Below are positions 1 through 7,804 of a stretch of 20,766 nucleotides of DNA, in pieces. The position numbers and the translations under genes are program-made. The notes under the pieces were generated by a model that saw nothing but the letters and a program-made list of their open reading frames with translations, was not told the origin of the DNA and ran no database searches. The stretch comes from a virus (Duplodnaviria; Heunggongvirae; Uroviricota; Caudoviricetes). The stretch lies in the IMG/VR virus record IMGVR_UViG_2600254997_000022; one strand, 5' to 3'. Every line of letters begins with the position of its first letter. Position 1 is the stretch's first letter.

Positions 1-26
1 TCAAAAGGTTGATGATGTTCGTTCAT
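1..26 (-). CDS. dinD: 5' end (8 codons) of DNA-damage-inducible protein D; the gene runs off the left edge
   Basis: The reverse strand from 26 reads ATG AAC GAA CAT CAT CAA CCT TTT GA = MNEHHQPF.., with GGAG 7 nt upstream and an SOS box about 45 nt upstream. Both match my recollection of E. coli DinD (MNEHHQPFEEI...). Only 8 codons are visible, so the call rests on memory. Confidence 0.5.
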
Positions 27-69
27 TGCCCACTCCATGTGATATCGATTGCAAGGAAAGTAAGTCTAT

Positions 70-89
70 AACTGTGTTTATATACAGTT
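70..89 (-). promoter_or_regulatory. LexA (SOS) box of the leftward gene
   Basis: Perfect CTGT-N8-ACAG core at 72-87 (ctgtgtttatatacag). The reverse strand reads AACTGTATATAAACACAGTT, 19/20 to the dinD SOS box as I remember it (AACTGTATATAAATACAGTT). It lies just upstream of the truncated ORF. Confidence 0.75.
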
Positions 90-173
90 GTGAGTATCTC
101 ACGTTCTCACTGCGCTGGGCAAAAAAACATCGCAAAATCTGGAGCAGGCACGCAAAACAGAATTGAAGTTGCG

Positions 174-213
174 GGGAAGAAAAATGCCGCTCTGTTTGAG
201 TGGGCGGCATTTG
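174..213 (-). terminator. Intrinsic terminator-like hairpin for leftward transcription
   Basis: Stem atgccgc (184-190) / gcggcat (204-210) with a 13-nt loop. On the reverse strand it is followed by TTTTTCTTCC. No convincing ORF ends just upstream, so it may be the displaced terminator of the chromosomal gene next to which the island inserted. Confidence 0.5.
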
Positions 214-720
214 TGAAGGCTGAAAAGTAAGAATTGGCGTTACGAGTTGAATCTGTTTGTAGAGTGTTGGCTTCAATGCCTCATTTTGGCTGGTTTCTTT
301 ATAATGCTGTTTTTGATTATGTACACCCTTATGTACACGGTTTTTTTGGGTGCTTTGGTCAGAAGCCATTGTCTACATCCCTCACGATCGAGGTGTGTAA
401 TCATGTTCAGGCTTGTTGTCCTGCGCGCGCGTATTGCTCGTGAAATTGCTGTACCCAATAGTGATGTCCGAAAAAACCTCCGTTCTCACATGAAACAGCC
501 ATGTGCAACTGGTAACTGAATAGACTGGTAGACCGTTCGTTCAGTAAATACCTGATATTTTCGCCAACGAGAAATTGCGTTGGCTGGCAGAGTGCAAATT
601 TGCACGATGACCTAACCCATTGATTTTTCGAAAACCTGCAATGCAGGAAGCCGGATAACACCATTTTTATAGCTCCGATCCCTTCAAAGTGAGGGGTAAT
701 TTGCCAAAACAGAGAGAGCA

Positions 721-1008
721 TTACTGTCTCTGGCAATCTTTATCGCGATAACGCCTGAAGTACCCTCTCGCTTCCTCATCCATACCAAGAGCCGAATGAG
801 TTCGCTTAACTGCCTGTCTTAAATCTCCGAATCTGTCTGTAGTTGCTGGTGGGCGTGCCGCCCTACGGATACATTCAGAGCGTCTGTTTGCTGCATGTTC
901 ACGTTCTTTATCGCCATCTGCCAGCATCATGACTTCTGCCCATCGTGCGGCAGCTCTCCGGTATAGCCCTTTTGACTCCAGCTCTTCAGCTTTCCTGTCC
1001 CTTATCAT
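721..1008 (-). CDS. PerC-family-like transcriptional regulator (95 aa)
   Basis: ORF track. The N-terminal AEELESKGLYRRAAARWAEV motif matches the A..LE..GL.RRAA.RW..V signature I associate with PerC/Pch activators. The protein is basic and Arg-rich. Confidence 0.55.
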   Translation of the reverse strand: MIRDRKAEELESKGLYRRAAARWAEVMMLADGDKEREHAANRRSECIRRAARPPATTDRFGDLRQAVKRTHSALGMDEEARGYFRRYRDKDCQRQ

Positions 1009-1044
1009 TTCTGCCTCTCAGACTATATAGATAAGCAAAAAGGT

Positions 1045-1165
1045 GTTGGTTCAGTTGGTTCAGTTGGTTCAATTTGTAAAGAGTATTGTTTTTAAAAGGA
1101 TTATTCGCAAAAAGTGAACCAACACACCCCATTTTTGAACCAACAAAAAGAGGCCGTGAACCAAC
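1045..1165. repeat. Iteron cluster A (ori/crr-like)
   Basis: GTTGGTTCA occurs three times in tandem (1045-1053, 1054-1062, 1063-1071). An AT-rich spacer follows, then the inverted form TGAACCAAC three times at 1115, 1136 and 1157, exactly 21 bp apart. The same motif and layout recur inverted at 10873-10974. Confidence 0.8.
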
Positions 1166-1228
1166 ACGCCGTTTAAAAACCGCTAATTATGAGGGACATC
1201 CACCAGCACAGGGCTTGTCTAGTGCTGG

Positions 1229-1405
1229 TTAGGTGCTGCTCACCGCGCACGGAGCGGCGCTGGTCATCATTTCGCGGTACCGCCTGGCTATTACAGGGCC
1301 CTCTGCCAGCTGGCGCCTTAATTCCCGCAGTTCTGCCGGGCTGAGCTGGTGGCCGTCATGCTCCAGCTTGGCAATGGTCAGCAGCTCGATTTCTCGTGGT
1401 GTCAT
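1229..1405 (-). CDS. Hypothetical small protein (58 aa from the internal ATG; the ORF extends to 1432)
   Basis: ORF track. GGGGA lies 4 nt upstream of the ATG at 1405 (MTPREIELLTIAKLEHDG...). Divergent from the AlpA-like gene. No recognisable motif. Confidence 0.45.
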   Translation of the reverse strand: MTPREIELLTIAKLEHDGHQLSPAELRELRRQLAEGPVIARRYREMMTSAAPCAVSST

Positions 1406-1573
1406 GGATTCCCCTCTGATGGTGATCGGCATTATATTGCCAGCCAGGGTGATTCTTCACTGGCCGGAGCCGTTGTGCGTGAAGTCTATACGTGAACTCC
1501 ATATGCTATGTGTTAAGTTACAGCTCAAAATGTCCTGTTCCGGTGGTAACTTTTTTGGTAAACAGCGTTTTGG

Positions 1574-1608
1574 TGGATACCAACATGGATACCTCGCTTT
1601 TGGATACC
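1574..1608 (+). promoter_or_regulatory. Three direct TGGATACC repeats upstream of the plus-strand AlpA-like gene
   Basis: TGGATACC at 1574-1581, 1586-1593 and 1601-1608, 50-85 nt upstream of the ATG at 1658 in a divergent intergenic region. Candidate operator array. Confidence 0.4.
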
Positions 1609-1657
1609 GCCCAAAGCCAGATTGTCACTATGCTTAATCTAAAGCAGAGGAGCCTCT

Positions 1658-1843
1658 ATGCGCCTTATCAAATTAAGCGAAGTCATGCTCAGAACGGGCT
1701 TCAAGAAAACGGCAATCTACTCATGGGTTAAGACGGGCACGTTTCCACAGCCAGTTAAAATTGGTAGATCAGCTAGATGGTCGCTTGAGGAGGTTGAAGC
1801 TTGGATCCAGAATAAACTTGATTCGCGGGCTGGCAACCAATGA
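1658..1843 (+). CDS. AlpA-family phage regulatory protein / excisionase-type HTH (61 aa)
   Basis: MRLIKLSEVMLRTGFKKTAIYSWVKTGTFPQPVKIGRSARWSLEEVEAWI is the classic AlpA/HTH_17 pattern. GGAG lies 7 nt upstream of the ATG. Confidence 0.85.
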   Translation: MRLIKLSEVMLRTGFKKTAIYSWVKTGTFPQPVKIGRSARWSLEEVEAWIQNKLDSRAGNQ

Positions 1844-2890
1844 TTAGCTTTAATATCGAGTGGTGGATAGTCCATGGACAAGCTGATGGGCGCACTCGAC
1901 GAAAACGATGCGCCAGGCGGACTGTGTCGCTCATAAACCGGGAGTTGGCCAGAGGACTTAGTTGTCCTTTGCAATTCTGCAGGTTCGCACGTGAAAGTAG
2001 CCAAAACCCTGCGAACCTGAGTGCAAACCTGCAACTGCGAACCACTGAGGTGGCCTCTCATAGCTGGTGGTCATACTGGATATTAATCAGGCCTGCCACA
2101 ACCATAACAATCCATAACAGGCGCATCGCACTAACAATTACTAATAGGTCCGCTCGCAACACTAATTTTGACTAAGCCTGAACGCAATGCTCAGAAAGAA
2201 CGAAGAATGGAATGAATCGTACCATCATGTTGCTCCATGATTTTTACGTTCAAGACAGTTGCTTAATCTCGCCTCGCAATTCAGCCCCCTTGCCGCGATC
2301 TTGCCGTTATCGAGAAGTCTTTCTCCTTTCGGTTAATGCTATCGGTCTTCATATTACCAGCAGCATACGCCATCCGATTATTTCGATGCTACGCGCGCGT
2401 ACTTGTCGCAAAATACCAGGCAAAGGCCAGATTCAGAACGTCGTGATAACCACCAGCACAACATGAGAGGTCATGTAACGCTATTTATCACACCAGATAT
2501 ATGTGATTGGTGTACCCGCATAAAACATCGTCATAGCGCGTCCTGTGCGCATATAAGCCGATAATCAACACATCACCATCACTCTGTCTTATGTAGAGAA
2601 CAGTTTTATGGTACTCCCCTCCATTGTGTGCGTACTGGTCGGACGCAGTTGCAAAACTTTTTGCAACTGATAACCCTCGCGCGCGTACTTGTCTCGACAT
2701 TGGTGTTTTGCTGTGGCAGTGATATCAGAAAAATCTTCCTGTTTCACATAAAGCGGATATGCGCGTACTGTAACGGCCCCATCAACTGGGAGCGGATTTG
2801 AAATCCCGCCCCGAATGTGTAGGCAATGTCACTTAACGTTTGTCGCATACCTTCCAGAAAAAGCGATTCATGAATAATAGGGGCATGAAT

Positions 2891-2906
2891 GCCCGGCGTA
2901 CCGGGC
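2891..2906. terminator. GC-rich hairpin just downstream of the lipoprotein gene
   Basis: gcccgg-cgta-ccgggc, a 6-bp stem with a tetraloop, lies 8 nt past the stop at 2914. The plus-strand side is T-rich (cttattagtt) and the minus-strand side is weaker (cattcatg). It may act in both directions. Confidence 0.45.
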
Positions 2907-2913
2907 TTATTAG

Positions 2914-3612
2914 TTAATTTGGTGCTTTAGGGTCAACATTAAAAGTTATATCACCTTCTGTATTTTTCCCGGCATAGCTAGCGGCTATTCTCGCCAACCC
3001 TTTGTAATCAGCAATTCCATCAGACTGTTGCGAGACGACTGAGCTACCAACTTTCCATAACATATTAATCTGCCTATTATTGAGATAAGCCTTGGCATCA
3101 AACGACTGGAGTATCACCCCTGCGCCGTAGAACGTGTCCGTCACAGTTGTGTTATACGCGCCAGTAATTCCATAAGTAGGCGTATAAACTGTTGTTGCCG
3201 TTCCAGTGGTATTAGCTGTACCGTAGCCACCACCATAACTATTGAACGTGGTGTTCGAGTTTCCGTACGTTGTTGCTGAGCTCACACCAGTTTGCCCGTA
3301 TATTGGGATGGTTACATTACGAGTATTTGAAATGGCCCCGCTTCTCAAAAAGTTCAAGAGAATTACCTGGTCAGCCAATTTTTCATCTTTAACTTGTGTA
3401 TATCCTTGGCTTGATAAACTGGCGGCTACTACCGTAGCTATTTGAGTGTATTCAATCTGTTTGGTGTTCCAAAGTTCTTGGCTTGCGGGGATGATCAAGA
3501 ACTTCTTACCGACAGATTGCCCGGAGGATAAAGCATTGACCGTTACTAACGGTTTTTGTACGCATCCAGCCAATAATGACAGGGATAATATTAAAAGAAG
3601 ATTTTTAATCAT
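2914..3612 (-). CDS. Lipoprotein of unknown function (232 aa), moron-like
   Basis: Signal peptide MIKNLLLILSLSLLAG|C with an L-A-G-C lipobox and Val at +2. AGGTGA RBS. The central region is G/T/N/Y-rich and low in complexity. The gene looks AT-richer than its neighbours by eye and is flanked by its own candidate promoter and a hairpin. Confidence 0.85.
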   Translation of the reverse strand: MIKNLLLILSLSLLAGCVQKPLVTVNALSSGQSVGKKFLIIPASQELWNTKQIEYTQIATVVAASLSSQGYTQVKDEKLADQVILLNFLRSGAISNTRNVTIPIYGQTGVSSATTYGNSNTTFNSYGGGYGTANTTGTATTVYTPTYGITGAYNTTVTDTFYGAGVILQSFDAKAYLNNRQINMLWKVGSSVVSQQSDGIADYKGLARIAASYAGKNTEGDITFNVDPKAPN

Positions 3613-3762
3613 GATAATCTCACCTAAGAATTGCGTGGTTATAAATTATCATCACTGTAAGCGAATGTAAGCCACAGGCTCGTAATGTGATATGGAATTT
3701 TTATAGTTGGCTCAATATCAGTATGCCGTCCTTGGCTATTATGGTTTTGTTAGTTAGAGCGT

Positions 3763-4716
3763 CTATTCCCATTCGCTAACATCTTTCATGCCACTGAGGG
3801 TAGCTACAATCCCGGCCCTTGTCAGTTTCACGAATTCTTCAGCCCCAACGGCATCACGAATTGCTTTCATGGCAATTTTATTGGCCGAAAATCGTTTCTC
3901 TGCTGCGGCGATCGCTGCTGGTGATGCCCCTGCGCGCACTGCTTTTGTAGCTTCCTGAACGGCTTTCTCTATCGCATATCGACCACTTCTTGTCGCCCCA
4001 ATCTTAGCCACAGTATTTCTCAGTGCGCCACCAGCAACCAAACCACTAATCGAACCAATTACACCACCGCCAAAGCCTCCAGCGATCGCACCTGACTGTT
4101 GAACTCCGTTCATGATCACACCGACGATCTTTGGAAGGCCTGAATCGAGCGTTTTGAGAGCCTCAGTTGTTCTTCCCGTGCGCTCTACGTATCGCTGCGG
4201 TCTGGTGCTGGCTTTAGCGAGTACACCGAACTCTTTCATCATTCTACCGAGATCTGGCACATGACGACTGATGGCGTTTACATTCTGCTGGGTCATGAGC
4301 TTGGCAAAATACTGGATACCAGACTCTTCACCGATTCCTCCCTTCTCTCCCTGCGCCACAGCATGCTGAAGAATAGATGCTATTGCTGGTTGGCGTTCTG
4401 CTTCCGGCAGCGCGGAGATAAGGCGGTGAAAAGCTCCCGTTCCAGTGTTTGCGGATGCCTTAAGCGTATCGGCACCTTTTCTTACCATAGCGTCTGATGC
4501 GAGATCTCGACCAAAAAACAGATTCGGCATTTTGTTTGGCGATAATGTAACTTTTAGAGAGATCGTTAGCTTTCTGCCATTCTGTGAGGAAGTTTCCTTT
4601 TTCAGCCATGATGCGCATGTCATCAGTGATAGCTCTGCGCATTTCTCCGGCAATCCGGGCGGCATTGGCCTTACCTGCCCGGGTGTTTGCTTGTTCAGCA
4701 TCAGCAAACTTAGCAC
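3763..4716 (-). pseudogene. C-terminal fragment of the large ejection/internal-virion protein, in a shifted frame
   Basis: It overlaps the 4460-5818 ORF by 257 nt in another frame. Protein-like sequence begins only around KMPNLFFGRDLASDAMVRKG. Contains a glycine-zipper segment, GAIAGGFGGGVIGSISGLVAGGAL. Confidence 0.6.
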
Positions 4717-5918
4717 GCCATGCCTTCATCCCGTCGAAGGTTATGCCGCCACCTTGGTTGTTGGCAGCCTGAAACTGTTTCATCTCCGGGCTGAGTGGAA
4801 CATTGGCTGCTTTTTCTGCTTGGACGACAGCCATCCCATTACTCATTTTCATCCTTTCGCGTGGCATCGTGCTTCGCAGTTCTGCCCATGCCATATTCTC
4901 TGCTGTTTTCATATCACTGAGGCTCGCGATGATGCGCTCTTTAATTGCTGCGCTTTTTTCTGATGCGCTTCCAGACTCAGCACCGAAATCAGACAACTGC
5001 TTATTCAACTTTGAGGATATTTCATTGAAGGCCGTAAGGTGAGCATCCTGAACATTCCCAGGAGTTGATGCCAGAACACCTTCTGCTTGGGCAATTCCAC
5101 GACTACCTGAGCGCATTCCGGGCGTCAGGGTGTTGATATTAATACCAGTGATTTTCGCCGCCTTAGCGACATCATCTCTGACGTTTGATGCCTGCGATGC
5201 GATATGCTCTCGGCCTACGGCAGAACGCGCTGCTTTCGATACATCATTGGCGGTTTCCAGAGTATTTGCTGCCCCTAACACATGGCCTGATTGATTTGTA
5301 TTACTCCGCAATACATCTCGCATTACGTCACTGGCTGTCTGTCCGCTCTTTATTAAAGCGCGTGCTCCTAGCGATCCTGCTAGGCCAATACCTGTCTCTT
5401 TTGCTAGGTCTTCTGGGCTGATCTGCCCGTTCTTTTGGGCGTTCACCAATGTACCTGGCAGGTTTTCTGCCAACATACTAGCCACCTTTGTGGCCGCACG
5501 TTCAGCACGTGGAGCGTTGGCAACGGAAGAAGCTGTGGTAGCTGCCTTTCCTGCACCTAATCCTGTAATAAGGTAAGGTGCTAGCTGCTCACCAGCCTGC
5601 GCGTATGGATCTGTAGGTTGGTCTACTGGGCGAAAGACAGGTGATATGGGCGTGTATGTGCCATCACCCACACCAAGCTTCTGAGCTGCCCATGCTCCGG
5701 CTGATTGCGCCGCATTGACTACCCCCACGCCTGCGTCCATTACATCAAACGGTATATTAGCAATCCCTCTGGCCATCTGCTCTGGCGCAGCTTTCAGTCC
5801 TGGCGAAAGATATTCCATCTCAGGATTAAGGTTAGACTTGGCTATTTGCTGCTGCGGTTCCCCGGCATTTTCATCGGCGAGAAACTGAGCTCTTTTCTGC
5901 TCCCATGAACTGGCTGTT
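4460..5918 (-). pseudogene. Middle fragment of the large ejection/internal-virion protein
   Basis: The 452-aa ORF (4460-5818) stays open upstream to the IS629 junction at 5918 (TASSWEQKRAQFLADENAGEPQQQIAKSNLNPE-MEYLS). This frame joins the 7230-7804 fragment once the IS and one GTT copy are removed. Confidence 0.7.
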
Positions 5919-5972
5919 TGAACCGCCCCGGGAATCCTGGAGACTAAACTCCCTGAGAAAGAGGTAAACAGG

Positions 5973-6299
5973 ATGACTAAAAATACTCGTTTTTCCCCCG
6001 AAGTCCGTCAGAGGGCGATTCGTATGGTTCTGGAAAGTCAGGGCGAATATGACTCACAGTGGGCGGCAATTTGTTCCATTGCCCCAAAGATTGGCTGTAC
6101 ACCGGAGACTCTGCGTGTCTGGGTACGCCAGCATGAGCGGGATACCGGAGGCGGTGATGGCGGGCTCACCACCGCTGAACGTCAGCGTCTGAAAGAGCTG
6201 GAACGTGAAAATCGTGAACTGCGCCGCAGTAACGATATCCTTCGCCAGGCTTCCGCTTATTTTGCGAAGGCGGAGTTCGACCGCCTCTGGAAAAAGTGA
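5973..6299 (+). CDS. IS629 OrfA (108 aa, HTH)
   Basis: ORF track. The stop overlaps the orfB ATG (TGATG), and GGAAAAAG just upstream sits where IS3-family -1 frameshifting occurs. Confidence 0.92.
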   Translation: MTKNTRFSPEVRQRAIRMVLESQGEYDSQWAAICSIAPKIGCTPETLRVWVRQHERDTGGGDGGLTTAERQRLKELERENRELRRSNDILRQASAYFAKAEFDRLWKK

Positions 6300-7187
6300 T
6301 GCCACTGCTGGATAAGCTGCGTAAGCTGTACGGGGTCGGACCGGTATGCAGTGAACTACATATTGCCCCGTCAACGTATTACCACTGTCAGCAACAGCGA
6401 CATCATCCTGATAAACGCAGTGCCCGTGCGCAGCGCGATGACTGGCTGAAGAAAGAGATACTGCGCGTATACGATGGGAATCATCAGGTATACGGTGTGC
6501 GTAAAGTCTGGAGTCAGTTGTTACGGGAAGGAATCAGGGTAGCCAGATGTACAGTGGCGCGCCTCATGGCGGTTATGGGACTTGCCGGTGTTCTCCGGGG
6601 TAAAAAGGTCCGTACGACCATCAGCCGGAAAGCCGTTGCCGCAGGCGACCGCGTAAACCGTCAGTTCGTGGCAGAACGACCTGACCAGCTGTGGGTGGCT
6701 GATTTTACTTACGTCAGCACATGGCAGGGCTTCGTCTATGTGGCGTTCATCATTGATGTGTTTGCCGGATACATTGTGGGGTGGCGGGTCTCGATCGTCC
6801 ATGGAGACGACATTCGTGCTGGATGCACTGGAGCAGGCGTTATGGGCCCGTCGACCGTCCGGCACGGTCCATCACAGTGATAAAGGTTCTCAGTATGTAT
6901 CGCTGGCCTACACACAGCGGCTTAAGGAAGCCGGATTACTGGCATCAACAGGAAGTACAGGCGACTCGTATGACAACGCGATGGCGGAGAGCATCAATGG
7001 TCTTTACAAAGCGGAGGTAATACACCGTAAGAGCTGGAAAAACCGTGCAGAAGTGGAACTGGCCACACTCACGTGGGTGGACTGGTATAACAATCGACGA
7101 TTGCTGGAAAGGCTGGGCCATACTCCTCCGGCAGAAGCAGAAAAAGCTTATTATGCTTCCATCGGAAACGATGATCTGGCAGCCTGA
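6296..7187 (+). pseudogene. IS629 OrfB transposase (DDE), split by a frameshift
   Basis: Two overlapping ORFs (6296-6880 and 6738-7187) each carry transposase sequence: ...GYIVGWRVS in one frame, then SSMETTFVLDALEQALW... in the next. The switch is near 6790-6800 (gtctcgAtcgtcc). As I recall, intact IS629 OrfB is a single ~296-aa ORF. Confidence 0.75.
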
Positions 7188-7229
7188 GTTCACAGATAAA
7201 ACACTCTCCAGGAAACCCGGGGCGGTTCA

Positions 7230-7804
7230 GTTGGTAGTCCTGCTTCTATGTTCTTAAATTGCTGACGTTTTGCTTCCCATGCAGAAATATCTCCCACCTG
7301 AGAGATTTCTTTATCAAGCTCTGAGTAGTCAGGCTGCTGAAGATTGCGATGTTGACTGGTTTGTGCAAACTGCAAGATTTCACTGTCATCAGGGATTATT
7401 CCGGCATCTGCAAATTTACTTACGTAATTAGCCGTTTCATCTGGCAGTGTAGATTTACCGTTTCTGACGGCATTAATACGAGCATAGCCAGAATTATACC
7501 CAGCCAATGCCATACCAATATCACCAAATCGCTTCATTCCTTTATTGAGATGGTTTGCTGCGATATCCATTTGCTTTTCAAATGGCAGTGAGCGCGGATC
7601 AGTTCCACGATAACCAGCATCACTCATTACTGAGGGCATCAGTTGAGCAAATCCTCTAGCTCCTTTCGGTGACTCGGCACTTCCGTTACCACTAGATTCA
7701 TTGCCAACTAATGTTTCCATCGTCCCTGATGGGAAACCATATTTTTCATCGAGATGACGGGAATAGGCTTTCTGTTTTTCTGTCAGTTGTGCCATCATTG
7801 CCAT
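7230..7804 (-). pseudogene. N-terminal fragment of the large ejection/internal-virion protein: SLT lytic transglycosylase domain
   Basis: Family-1 lytic transglycosylase motifs: catalytic E-S (GNESSGN), GARGFAQLMP, and AGYNSGY. The annotated 204-aa ORF (7190-7804) ends with 13 residues (from the junction codon) read from the IS629 end (..TEPPRVSWRVFYL). Confidence 0.85.

Larger units (their letters stand above)
5919..7229 (+). mobile_element. IS629 (IS3 family), 1311 bp
   Basis: Terminal inverted repeats: TGAACCGCCCCGGGAATCCTGGAGA at 5919 and the reverse complement of TGAACCGCCCCGGGTTTCCTGGAGA ending at 7229. A 3-bp GTT direct duplication flanks it at 5916-5918 and 7230-7232. The OrfA sequence [30 protein letters not shown] is recognised as IS629/IS1203. 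Confidence 0.93.

Noticed and set aside
1-736. Track ORFs 1-369(-), 234-443(+), 247-519(+), 273-458(-) and 407-736(-)
   Set aside because: They overlap one another and have no RBSs, with Cys/His/Phe-rich, non-protein-like composition. The first runs through the dinD promoter and SOS box.
1840-2466. Plus-strand ORFs 1840-2175 and 2212-2466 downstream of the second AlpA gene
   Set aside because: Arg/Cys/Ser-rich, low-plausibility sequences with no RBS and no motif. The region is treated as decayed or non-coding.
2488-2700. 70-aa minus-strand ORF whose C-terminus (YHKTVLYIRQSDGDVLIIGLYAHRTRYD) resembles the RelE/ParE toxin C-terminal pattern
   Set aside because: It has no RBS and is too short at the N-terminus. 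No adjacent antitoxin ORF exists, and the surrounding frames are broken. At best it is a decayed fragment, and the resemblance could be chance.
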